Of a stretch of DNA of 64,000 nt, positions 8,684 through 18,039 are shown piece by piece; positions within the stretch are counted from its first letter, which is position 1, and each line of letters begins with the position of its first letter. Source of the DNA: an uncultured Candidatus Saccharibacteria bacterium (GTDB lineage: Bacteria > Patescibacteriota > Minisyncoccia > Minisyncoccales > UBA10102); contig CAYZNF010000006.1 of the NCBI GenBank assembly GCA_964479725.1, positions 5,518-69,517 of the forward strand, given 5' to 3'. The position numbers were made by a program, and so were the translations under genes. A model generated the notes under the pieces. The model searched no databases, had not been told where the DNA came from, and saw nothing but the letters and a program-made list of their open reading frames with translations.

Positions 8684-10827
8684 TCTTCGATCATTAGCGT
8701 CTTCTTTTTATTTTTCAGGGGAAACTGCTGGTATATTTCTTCAGAAATAAATGGGGCAAAGGGATGAAGCATTTTTAGGGAATCAGCGAGAATGGAAATA
8801 AGAATATATTGCCGCGATTTTCTTGTTTTTGCGTTCTGGAGCACTGGTTTTGATTCTTCAATGACTTTATCTGCGAAAGTATGCCACAAATAGTGGTACA
8901 AAGTTTCTGCCGCCAAAGAAAAGCGGAAAGAATCCATGTTTTTTGTTATCTGTTTTACCGCGGCATTAAATTGTTTTAGAATTTTTTGGTCATTTTTTGT
9001 AAGTTTGGGCGTGGTTCTTGGAGGAACGTAATCCTCGGTGTTTATTAATATGAATCGGGAAATATTCCATATTTTGTTCATGAAGTTTCTGTATCCGCGT
9101 ATTTTGTCCTCTGAAACAACGAGATCCTGGCCTGGCATATTACCTACTACCAGGGCATATCGCAAAGCATCCGTGCCATATTGTTCGGCAACTCCCAAGG
9201 GATCGATAACATTTCCCTTGGATTTGGACATTTTTTGGCGATCTTTGTCTCGTACCAAGCCGTGCAGATATACGTATTCAAAGGGTATTTCTCCTGTCCG
9301 GTATATGCCAAGCATGATCATCCTGGCCACCCAAAAGAAAAGAATGTCATACCCTGTTTCCATGACGGCAGTGGGGTAAAAGGTTTTAAAATCTTTATGG
9401 ATTGGGAAGCGCAATGTTGCGAATGGCCATTGTCCCGAAGAAAACCAGGTGTCAAATACATCCGCGTCCCTTTGCAAATTAGTTCCTTTGCATTTCGGGC
9501 ATCTCGCAGGAGTTTTTCCGTCGGTAATAAGCCACTCCTCGTGTTCGAGGGACGAGCAATCGCCGCATTTCCACGCAGGTATGGCAATGCCCCACCAGTT
9601 TTGCCTGGAAATATTCCAATCTTTAATATTGCGCATCCAATGGAGATAGATTTTTCCTTGGTTGGCTGGCAGGATTCTGATTTTTTTAGCGGTTACTGCC
9701 TTGATTGCTTCTTTGGCAAGTGGCTGGATGTTGATAAACCATTGCTTCATGAGCATTGGCTCAATAACGTTTGAGCATTTGTAGCACACTGCTACCGTGT
9801 GGGTGTAATCAGGGTCGATTTTTTCCATGAGTCCTGCTTCTTGCATGTCTGCGGCTACTTTTTGCCTTGCTTCCTGAACTTTCAGCCCGGCATATGGTCC
9901 TGTTTTTTCGTTGAGCTTTCCGTCCAATCCTATAACCTGCAGGGGACCCGGAATTTCTTCCTTATGGCGCAGCCACATTTCATAGTCGTTTGGGTCATGG
10001 GCAGGCGTTACTTTTACGGCTCCTGTTCCAAACGAAGGGTCTACATACTCGTCTGCGATAATCTTAATTGTACGTTTGCCCAAAAGCGTATCTACCTCCA
10101 CTTCCTTGCCAATATACTGTTGATAGCGCGGATCTTTTGGATTTACTGCAATGGCTGTATCGCCAAATTTTGTTTCGGGGCGGACGGTAGCTAAAATAAT
10201 TGGGCCATATTTTATATAGTACAGGGGATCAATACGTTCCTCGTGCTTTATTTCCAGTTCAGAGAATGCAGTTCGGTGTTTGGTGCAATAATTAACCAAG
10301 CGTTCACCTCGATAAATCAATCCTTCATCTGCCATTTTTTTGAATGTGGCGTAAACAGTTTTGACGATTTGGGGATCTAAGGTAAAGGTTTCCCGCGACC
10401 AATCGCAGGAGGCCCCAAGTTTTTTCAGCTGATTTCGCACAATATCGCGGTTTGCCTGGGTATAGTTCCACACTTCTTGGTAGAATTGTTCTCGTGTCAT
10501 TTCGAGCCGCGAGCGGCCTTGTTTTTCCAGCTTTTTTTCGTATACCACCTGGGTTTCAAAACCCGCGTGATCCATGCCTGGCAGCCACAACGCTTTTTTG
10601 CCCTTCATTCGGTTATATCTGATCATTATATCCTGCAAGGTAACAAAAACCGCGTGTCCTATGTGCAAAGGATCGTTGGCATTCGGGGGAGGCATTATAA
10701 TAGTAAAGGGCCTTTTGTGCCGGATGGGTAATTTGTCTGGATTAAAAAAGCCGCTCTTTTCCCAGAGCTTGTATATCCTGTCCTCTGCTTGTTTCGGCTC
10801 GTACCCCTTAGACAGTTCGGGTTTCAT
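8668..10827 (-). CDS. valS: Valine--tRNA ligase (short form, 719 aa)
   Basis: HIGH-type PLHIGHA, KMSKSKGN, editing-domain motif TGAVKVTPAHDPNDYE, and a ValRS-like N-terminus YEPKQAEDRIYKLWEKSGFF. Confidence 0.9.
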   Translation of the reverse strand: MKPELSKGYEPKQAEDRIYKLWEKSGFFNPDKLPIRHKRPFTIIMPPPNANDPLHIGHAVFVTLQDIMIRYNRMKGKKALWLPGMDHAGFETQVVYEKKLEKQGRSRLEMTREQFYQEVWNYTQANRDIVRNQLKKLGASCDWSRETFTLDPQIVKTVYATFKKMADEGLIYRGERLVNYCTKHRTAFSELEIKHEERIDPLYYIKYGPIILATVRPETKFGDTAIAVNPKDPRYQQYIGKEVEVDTLLGKRTIKIIADEYVDPSFGTGAVKVTPAHDPNDYEMWLRHKEEIPGPLQVIGLDGKLNEKTGPYAGLKVQEARQKVAADMQEAGLMEKIDPDYTHTVAVCYKCSNVIEPMLMKQWFINIQPLAKEAIKAVTAKKIRILPANQGKIYLHWMRNIKDWNISRQNWWGIAIPAWKCGDCSSLEHEEWLITDGKTPARCPKCKGTNLQRDADVFDTWFSSGQWPFATLRFPIHKDFKTFYPTAVMETGYDILFFWVARMIMLGIYRTGEIPFEYVYLHGLVRDKDRQKMSKSKGNVIDPLGVAEQYGTDALRYALVVGNMPGQDLVVSEDKIRGYRNFMNKIWNISRFILINTEDYVPPRTTPKLTKNDQKILKQFNAAVKQITKNMDSFRFSLAAETLYHYLWHTFADKVIEESKPVLQNAKTRKSRQYILISILADSLKMLHPFAPFISEEIYQQFPLKNKKKTLMIEEWMNS

Positions 10828-10834
10828 GTCTTTA

Positions 10835-11923
10835 TCATTGTAGCCTTAAATTGGGCTTTGCTTCAATAGGCGTTGACGGATCTATGTATTCGCCGTTCCT
10901 GAATTTTACAAGTCCGGTTATTGCTATCATTGCTCCGTTGTCCGTGCTCAAGGTCGGAGAGGGAGCAAGAAATGCAATTGTTGATTGCCAACTGCTGATT
11001 GCTAATTGAAGCTGGCGGCGCAACTCGTCGTTTGCCGCCACTCCTCCGCCGATGATTATGCTTTTTGCCCGGAATTGTTTTGCCGCCCGCATAGTCTTTG
11101 CGACCAAAACTTCTACAATAGCGGCCTGGATTTCATGGGCCATTTCCTGGATATAATCTTTTGATTTTCTTTCCCTGGCAGATCGGGATTGGTAGTCGTA
11201 TAAAACCGCCGTCTTTAAACCGGAAAAACTAAAGTCATAGTCTTTCGTACGTATCATCGGGCGCGGCAATTTAATTTCGAATTTTGAATTTCGAATTTCG
11301 AATTTTGTCGCCTCGGTGGCAATAGCTGGTCCTCCAGGATATTCCAGCCCTAAAATACGCGCGGTTTTGTCAAACGCTTCTCCGGCTGCATCGTCCCGAG
11401 TTTCTCCTATAATTTCGTACTTTCCGATATTTCGCACAACTATTAACTGGGTATGTCCTCCGGAAACAATCAAGGCAACGGATGGAAATAAACTCGAATT
11501 TGTTTGGAAATTGGAAATTAGAAATTTGGAATTCTCATTGCTCAGTAGAGCAATGAGCAGGTGTGCTTCAATATGGTCCACGGGAATCAAGGGAACTTTC
11601 CATTGTTCAGCTAGATTTTGGGCAAAAACGATGCCGGTCCAAAGGCAAGGAGAAAGACCTGGTCCATAGGTTATGGCAATTGCGTCCAGTTTGGGGTTAT
11701 TTTTATCTAAACCCGTTTCTTTGAGGGCACGAGACAAGGTTATTGGCAGGTTTTTTTCATGCTCTCGCTTGGCGAGGGTGGGGTAAACTCCTCCATATTC
11801 TTTATGCAGGCTGATCTGCGAGGCAATCACATTGGAAAGAATAACAAAATCCAGCTCTTCCGAGCTTTCAAGGATGGCAATGCCCGTGTCGTCGCATGAG
11901 GTTTCAATGCCCAGTATTCGCAT
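10835..11923 (-). CDS. tsaD: tRNA N6-adenosine threonylcarbamoyltransferase TsaD
   Basis: MRILGIETSCDDTGIAIL, LIVSGGHTQL, DDAAGEAFDKTARILGL and DFSFSGLKTAV motifs. The start is reset to the conserved Met at 11923; the ORF track extends to 12208. Confidence 0.88.
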   Translation of the reverse strand: MRILGIETSCDDTGIAILESSEELDFVILSNVIASQISLHKEYGGVYPTLAKREHEKNLPITLSRALKETGLDKNNPKLDAIAITYGPGLSPCLWTGIVFAQNLAEQWKVPLIPVDHIEAHLLIALLSNENSKFLISNFQTNSSLFPSVALIVSGGHTQLIVVRNIGKYEIIGETRDDAAGEAFDKTARILGLEYPGGPAIATEATKFEIRNSKFEIKLPRPMIRTKDYDFSFSGLKTAVLYDYQSRSARERKSKDYIQEMAHEIQAAIVEVLVAKTMRAAKQFRAKSIIIGGGVAANDELRRQLQLAISSWQSTIAFLAPSPTLSTDNGAMIAITGLVKFRNGEYIDPSTPIEAKPNLRLQ

Positions 11924-12036
11924 ATCTACGTTGTACTTTGTTTGACTCCTTTTTGCAATTCTCAAGATTTTGTTGAGTTCGTTTTTTTTTGGTATAATTG
12001 CATGAAGTGCTTTGATGAATTGCTGTATGTTTTCCC

Positions 12037-15000
12037 ATGGAACAAAAGAGGAGAAAACGCAGAAAAAAATCTGCTGTAGATATTTGCCCAAGGGAGCCGA
12101 AGATTTCTGTTGAAAAGATTTGTTTTTACAGTAAACCCAAGCGACAAAGAAACTCTGCCGTGAGGATTTTGGGTTTGGCAAGAAATAAACATCTGGCGAG
12201 AAAAACAATCGCTCTCGCTATGGCAAGTTCTCTTGTCGTAGGGGCGTTTCTTTTTTACGCTCCCGTGACTCAAGGAGCTATGTATACCTATTTTCAAACA
12301 AGCTGGGCTGGAAATGCCGACACTAATGCGCCCTTTCCTGTCCATGGGACGAACCAGACTGGGTGGACAAAATATTATTCAAAGGACGCAGGCGTAACCG
12401 CCGGCACGGAATTGACTCTTACTGCTACAGCAAATTCAGCAACGCAAACATCAAGCACAGATTTTAACGCTGGAACTCTTTCTTCTACAAGCGTAAGCGG
12501 AACCGGAGACAGCGCAGATGTCGTGTTGGAGCTGGCAGATGGCGACGGTTCATTAGTTACCGCTTTTGATTCAGATGGTGTGGTGGTAAGCGATCCCTCG
12601 AGCGGAAATGATTTTATCGACGCAATGGCTATTGATAGTAGTTATGTGTATCTCGTTGGACGACAAAATTCAGGGGTGTGGCGTATCGAAAAGCGGAATA
12701 TCACAACCGGCGCTCTTGAAACTGCTTTCGATACCGATGGCATCGTGACAAGCGACCCTACGGGGTCGAATGATAAAGCGGCTGCCGTAGCCGTAGACGC
12801 TTCTTATATCTATGTTGCGGGGTATCAGGCTACGGGGGGAGATTGTTCCACCGGAAGCGATTGCTGGCGTATCGAAAAGCGGAATATCACAACCGGCGCT
12901 CTTGAAACTGCTTTCGATACCGATGGTATCGTGACAAGCGACCCTACAAACGGTTCAGACGCCATAACTGCAATCGTTGTGGACAGCGATTATATTTACT
13001 TGGTAGGGTATCAAGCCACGGGAGGGGGATGTTCTGCTGGGGGTAGTTGCTGGCGTATCGAAAAGCGGAATATCACAACCGGCGCTCTTGAAACTGCTTT
13101 CGATACCGATGGTATCGTGACAAGCGACCCTACAAACGGTTCAGACGCCATAACTGCAATCGTTGTGGACAGCGATTATATTTACTTGGTAGGGTATCAA
13201 GCCACGGGAGGGGGATGTTCTGCTGGGGGTAGTTGCTGGCGTATCGAAAAGCGGAATATCACAACCGGCGCTCTTGAAACTGCTTTCGATACCGATGGCA
13301 TCGTGACAAGCGACCCTACTAGCGGATCTGATGTTATAACCTCTATTGCGATCGACTCTAGCTATATCTATTTGGGAGGGCATAATACTTCGACAAGATG
13401 GCGTATTGAAAAGCGGAATATCACAACCGGCGCTCTTGAAACTGCTTTCGATACCGATGGAATATTGGATTACGAGCCCTCTGGCTTTACGGCAAGACTT
13501 TACGATATTGCCATCGATTCTTCTTTTATATATCTGGGTGGTTATCAATACGACGAAGGAGGGTGCTCCTCAAATGACTGCTGGCGCATAGAAAAACGGA
13601 ATATCGCTACAGGAGCTCTCGTCACTGCGTTTGACACAGACGGAATTATTAAAAACAATCCGAGCACCGACTCTGATTATGTAACTCAACTTTCTGTGGA
13701 TGCTGATTATCTCTATGCCGCAGGAGTTCAAGGAGCAAGTTGTGCGATTTCGATGAGTTGCTGGAGAATCGAGAAGCGCAATATTACGACCGGAGCTCTT
13801 GTCACGTCGTTTGATACTGATGGTGTGGCGACAAGCGATCCTTCAGACTGGACAGATCAATTATGGGCAATGGCCTTGGATTCTTCTTTTGTGTATGTAG
13901 GGGGTCATAAAGCAAATTCGTGTTCCAGCGGAGGGTTTTGCTGGTATGTGGAGAAACGTACCAATTCAGTATATGCCGCAACAGGAACCATTACATCATC
14001 AGCAATAGACACTACCGCGAATATTGAATTTACCACAATATCATGGACAGAAACCTTGCCCGCAAACACGGATATTACGATACAATTGGCCCATTCTACA
14101 GACAACTCGACATGGTCGGATTATTTGGGGCCAGATGGAACTACGGGTACATCATTTACGACATCTAGCGGAGAAAATATAGCTTCTGCATTTGATGGCA
14201 AGCGCTATATAAAATATAAAGCAACTTTTACTACTTCGGACACTTCCGCGACTTCTACGCTTTCAGATATTACTATTGCTTATACAGCATATTCATCCTC
14301 TGCAACACTCACGAGTTCCCCATACGATTCCTCAAGCTCTGGGAATGTGCTTTCGAGTATTGCTTGGACGGAAACAATTTCAGCAGGAACTACGGATGTT
14401 AAGTTTCAATTAAGGACCTCTGCTGATAATACTACGTGGAGCTCGTGGGCGGGGCCGAACGGAACGGACTCGGATTATTTCACCAACCCTGCGGGAGGAG
14501 AGGCTATGCCTTCCGCATTTACCAGCGGCTCAAACGATCGATGGCTGCAGTACAAGGTGTGGCTAACGACCACGGATGGAGACACGACTCCCACTCTTTC
14601 TGATATAACAATTACGTATGTGGTCAATGCGACTCCCGATTTTGACGCCACCTACGGAAACAGCGGAGTATCTGCTTCGCAGGGATCCGATGGAACGGTA
14701 ACTATCAACTTTAAGGTGAGAGATACCGACTCTACGAGTGGTACGGTTACTCCTACATTCAAGTATTCTACCGATGGAGGAAGCTCATTTAACACAATTA
14801 CTTCCGGCTTATCTTCTGGAGCCACAGACGCAAAGGCAGTCGAAACAAGCGCCTATACTTTGCATACTGTTACTTGGACTCCTTCAAGCCAAGGGGCTAT
14901 TGGAACATCTACCTATGAAGAAGACTTTCAAGTGCAGGTGGTAGTGAACGACGGAGAGCTGGCAAATGCTGAAGCAAGTCAAGCCTCCGCCAATTTTACG

Positions 15001-18000
15001 ATGGACACCACTCCTCCTGCATCCGGAGCGGTAGACATTGATTCTACAACCAACCAACTCACTATTTCAGTTACAGACAGTAGCGCTGTAGCAATGAAAA
15101 TTTCGAATGATTCTGATTTATCAAGTGATGGATCGAATGATGATTCGGGGAGCTGGATAGCGTATGGAACGGATGCCAACTCGGATGGATTTGGAGATAC
15201 ACCCTTGGCGGCTAGTGTTACAAAAAGCTGGACTCTTACTGGCAGTGATCCTGAAACAGTGTATATTCAGTTTAAGGATGCCAAAGGCAACACTACAAGC
15301 GCTATTTCATCCACCACTCCTCGAAAACCGTCAAATATTATTTATCAGGATATTTCAAACACCGGAACCTCTGAATGGAAAATATTTATTGCGTGGGGAA
15401 TAATTACAGCGCCTACGCCCGGGTTCGCCAACTACAAGGTATATATTTCAACCGATGGCAGTACCTATTCTTTGGAATCAACAATTACAGAGCGCAATAC
15501 CAATTACTATATTGATACCGAGCTTTCCACCGGTACCACTTATTACTATAAGGTGAGATCGGAGGATTCGAACGGCAACATATCAGAGTGGTCAAGCGTG
15601 GTGTCAGATAATCCCGATGGGCAAGGAGGGAGCGATTTAACTTCACCTGCCGTTACGGCCGTAACCGTGTACGACACGCAAACAACATCGGCTACCATTA
15701 CCTGGACAACAGATGAGCTTTCTAATTCTACTGTTGGCTATTCAACCGACAGTTCTTATTCTACCGAAACAGGAGTTTCTTCAATGGTAACATCCCATTC
15801 GGTGACAATTACTGGTCTTTCTGCTAATACTGCATATAACTTCCGGGTAAAATCCACCGATCCCTCGGGCAATATATCGAGCTGGGCTACTTCTTCCCCC
15901 TTTACCACGGATGCCGGTCCCGCAATTTCAAATGTTTCCTCAACTTCTGTGACGAATATCACAGCCACTATTGCTTGGGTAACGGATATTGCTTCAGACT
16001 CCACCGTTATATACTCTACCAACTCCAATCTCTCGAGCTCCCAGCAGACTAACAGTAGTTCTTTGGTAGCCAGTCATTCGGTTTCTTTGTCTGGTCTTAC
16101 GCAGGGAACCGTATATTACTATTCTGTGCGTTCTACAGACGCCAGCAGCAACATAGCCAACGACACAAATGGCGGCTCTTACTACACGTTTACTACAACG
16201 ACAGACTCTACCGGCCCTACGATTTCAGGCATAAGCGCCACTGCAGCTACTAACAGTGTGACTATCATTTGGACAACAAATGAGCTGGCAACTTCCCAGG
16301 TAGAGTATGGTGCGACAAGCGCTTATGGAACCACGACCACTCAAGATAGTTCTCTTACCATACAGCATGCCGTTGTCATAAGCAGTCTTTTCGAAGGAAC
16401 GACCTATAATTTTAGGGTAATTTCGCAGGACGCGAACAGCAACTCTACGACAGGATCGAACAATACATTTACGACAAGCGAATCTGCGGAACTAGATCCG
16501 ACTCCAGCCACTGCTCCGGTTATTTCAAGTGTTACCGCGGCGGTAGTGAGTGAAACATCGGCTACCATTACCTGGACAACCAATGAAAATTCAACGTCGC
16601 AGGTATTTTACGGCAGGACAACCGCTTACGGCAGTCAAACCACTCAAGACAGCACTCTTACCGTCCAGCATTCCGTAACGCTTACCGGGCTTACTCGCGC
16701 AGATATGTATTATTTTAAAGTGCGTTCTTTGGATTCGTCGAACAATGCGGCGGAAAACGATAATTCCGGGCAAAGCTATAGTTTTACGACTTTGCAGGAA
16801 CGTAGCGGGGGAGGAGCGGGAGGAGGAAGTAATACGGTGATTACTGTCGAAAAAATAATCGAAAGGGTTGTAGAAAAGAAACCTGCTCTTGAGGAAATGG
16901 TCAAAATAGTTCAGCAAGACGCAACCGATAAGGCGCAGGAAATCAGAGAATTATCAACGACGGAATTTTTTGACAGTCTTGTGAAACGCACCCAAGAAAA
17001 TGACAAAGGAGACGTGTTCAGGCATCTTACCGCCGCGCTTAACGAAATATCAAAAGAGGTTTCTCCGCCGGAGATTTTTAGCGTGGACGCAAGTCCGCGT
17101 CCCACTGTTTCCACGATTATCTGGAAAACGGATGTTCCCGCGAATTCCTTGGTTTCATACGGGAAGCTTGCCGAAATTCAGCGCACTCCCGAACCTGTTT
17201 ACTTGATGACCGTGGGACAGCCGGAAGAAGAGGTTCTTGATCATAAGGTGGTTTTGTATGATTTGGACCCCTCGTCAGAGTACGGGTTTCAAGTGTATTC
17301 AAAGCCCAAAATAGGCCGGCACGGGGAATCGCAGCATTTTGAGTTTAAAACGCGGGCGCAATTAGCAAGCATTGATAGCCGCCAAATAAAGAATGTTTCA
17401 GAACGTTCCGCTACATTTGTTTGGGATTCTACGGATGCCACAACTTCGGAGGTGGTGTATACTCCATACCGGCAAGGGCGTCTTTCGGTGCAAGAATCGA
17501 AAACAAAGGTGCAAGAGGACCGTACCCTGCGGCACGAGATTGCCGTAAACGATCTGGAACCAGGCACAACCTATTCCATTGAATTGCGCGGCAAGAACAA
17601 GAGCGGGGAAATTATTTCAGATTCTATTCCGCAATTCAGCACCACCGAAGACGTAACCCCTCCTCAAATTACCCAGGTGAGGACAAATTCCGCTATGGCT
17701 TCGAACGGGGAGCAAATCCAAACAATTATTTCTTGGGCTACAAATGAGCCGACAACGCGCCGGGTATTTTATCAGGAGGGGGTGGGGCAGAGCGGGGCTG
17801 CGCCCCTTAGCACCGCGCTTGAGCCGAGCTTTTCGACATCTCACACCGTTGTTATCACTTCACTCAAACCTGCCACGGTATATAAATTTTGGGTGGAAGC
17901 CGCGGATTCAAAGGGGAATAAATCGGTTTCAAATAATTATACATTGTTTACACCCCAGAAAAAGCAATCAGTCGTACAATTGATTTTCCAAAATCTGGAG

Positions 18001-18036
18001 CAGAATTTCCAATGGACGGAGCGTCTTAAGTTTTAG
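12037..18036 (+). CDS. Giant secreted surface protein: N-terminal beta-propeller-like repeat array (about 8-9 blades of about 60 aa) followed by multiple FN3/PAP-N-like beta-sandwich domains
   Basis: Signal-like segment ARKTIALAMASSLVVGAFLFYAPVTQG; the true start is probably GTG at 12160 or ATG at 12220. The motif WRIEKRNITTGAL(E/V)TAFDTDGI occurs 8 times. At least 8 domains of the type TSATITWTTDE.S.S.V.YG....Y.......S..H.V.++GL...T.Y.FRV.S.D..GN are present. Confidence 0.8.
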   Translation: MEQKRRKRRKKSAVDICPREPKISVEKICFYSKPKRQRNSAVRILGLARNKHLARKTIALAMASSLVVGAFLFYAPVTQGAMYTYFQTSWAGNADTNAPFPVHGTNQTGWTKYYSKDAGVTAGTELTLTATANSATQTSSTDFNAGTLSSTSVSGTGDSADVVLELADGDGSLVTAFDSDGVVVSDPSSGNDFIDAMAIDSSYVYLVGRQNSGVWRIEKRNITTGALETAFDTDGIVTSDPTGSNDKAAAVAVDASYIYVAGYQATGGDCSTGSDCWRIEKRNITTGALETAFDTDGIVTSDPTNGSDAITAIVVDSDYIYLVGYQATGGGCSAGGSCWRIEKRNITTGALETAFDTDGIVTSDPTNGSDAITAIVVDSDYIYLVGYQATGGGCSAGGSCWRIEKRNITTGALETAFDTDGIVTSDPTSGSDVITSIAIDSSYIYLGGHNTSTRWRIEKRNITTGALETAFDTDGILDYEPSGFTARLYDIAIDSSFIYLGGYQYDEGGCSSNDCWRIEKRNIATGALVTAFDTDGIIKNNPSTDSDYVTQLSVDADYLYAAGVQGASCAISMSCWRIEKRNITTGALVTSFDTDGVATSDPSDWTDQLWAMALDSSFVYVGGHKANSCSSGGFCWYVEKRTNSVYAATGTITSSAIDTTANIEFTTISWTETLPANTDITIQLAHSTDNSTWSDYLGPDGTTGTSFTTSSGENIASAFDGKRYIKYKATFTTSDTSATSTLSDITIAYTAYSSSATLTSSPYDSSSSGNVLSSIAWTETISAGTTDVKFQLRTSADNTTWSSWAGPNGTDSDYFTNPAGGEAMPSAFTSGSNDRWLQYKVWLTTTDGDTTPTLSDITITYVVNATPDFDATYGNSGVSASQGSDGTVTINFKVRDTDSTSGTVTPTFKYSTDGGSSFNTITSGLSSGATDAKAVETSAYTLHTVTWTPSSQGAIGTSTYEEDFQVQVVVNDGELANAEASQASANFTMDTTPPASGAVDIDSTTNQLTISVTDSSAVAMKISNDSDLSSDGSNDDSGSWIAYGTDANSDGFGDTPLAASVTKSWTLTGSDPETVYIQFKDAKGNTTSAISSTTPRKPSNIIYQDISNTGTSEWKIFIAWGIITAPTPGFANYKVYISTDGSTYSLESTITERNTNYYIDTELSTGTTYYYKVRSEDSNGNISEWSSVVSDNPDGQGGSDLTSPAVTAVTVYDTQTTSATITWTTDELSNSTVGYSTDSSYSTETGVSSMVTSHSVTITGLSANTAYNFRVKSTDPSGNISSWATSSPFTTDAGPAISNVSSTSVTNITATIAWVTDIASDSTVIYSTNSNLSSSQQTNSSSLVASHSVSLSGLTQGTVYYYSVRSTDASSNIANDTNGGSYYTFTTTTDSTGPTISGISATAATNSVTIIWTTNELATSQVEYGATSAYGTTTTQDSSLTIQHAVVISSLFEGTTYNFRVISQDANSNSTTGSNNTFTTSESAELDPTPATAPVISSVTAAVVSETSATITWTTNENSTSQVFYGRTTAYGSQTTQDSTLTVQHSVTLTGLTRADMYYFKVRSLDSSNNAAENDNSGQSYSFTTLQERSGGGAGGGSNTVITVEKIIERVVEKKPALEEMVKIVQQDATDKAQEIRELSTTEFFDSLVKRTQENDKGDVFRHLTAALNEISKEVSPPEIFSVDASPRPTVSTIIWKTDVPANSLVSYGKLAEIQRTPEPVYLMTVGQPEEEVLDHKVVLYDLDPSSEYGFQVYSKPKIGRHGESQHFEFKTRAQLASIDSRQIKNVSERSATFVWDSTDATTSEVVYTPYRQGRLSVQESKTKVQEDRTLRHEIAVNDLEPGTTYSIELRGKNKSGEIISDSIPQFSTTEDVTPPQITQVRTNSAMASNGEQIQTIISWATNEPTTRRVFYQEGVGQSGAAPLSTALEPSFSTSHTVVITSLKPATVYKFWVEAADSKGNKSVSNNYTLFTPQKKQSVVQLIFQNLEQNFQWTERLKF
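12679..13460 (+). repeat. In-frame tandem repeats (186-bp period) inside the giant gene; units 12865..13050 and 13051..13236 are nucleotide-identical
   Basis: Direct comparison shows the two 186-nt units are identical base for base. The first ~60 nt (tggcgtatcgaaaagcggaatatcacaaccggcgctcttgaaactgctttcgataccgatgg) recurs at 12679, 12865, 13051 and 13237, and with one change at 13399. Confidence 0.95.
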
Positions 18037-18039
18037 TGC

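Noticed and set aside
10835-12208. Long 457-aa model of tsaD from the ORF track
   Set aside because: The first 95 codons are low-complexity and unlike TsaD. The conserved N-terminus MRILGIETSCDDT begins at the Met at 11923, and the extension would overlap the divergent giant gene's upstream region.
12540-13960. CRISPR array or non-coding satellite
   Set aside because: The repeats are 162-186 nt, lie in-frame within a long ORF, encode a conserved protein motif and have no spacer architecture. No CRISPR-like short repeat-spacer pattern was seen anywhere in the window.
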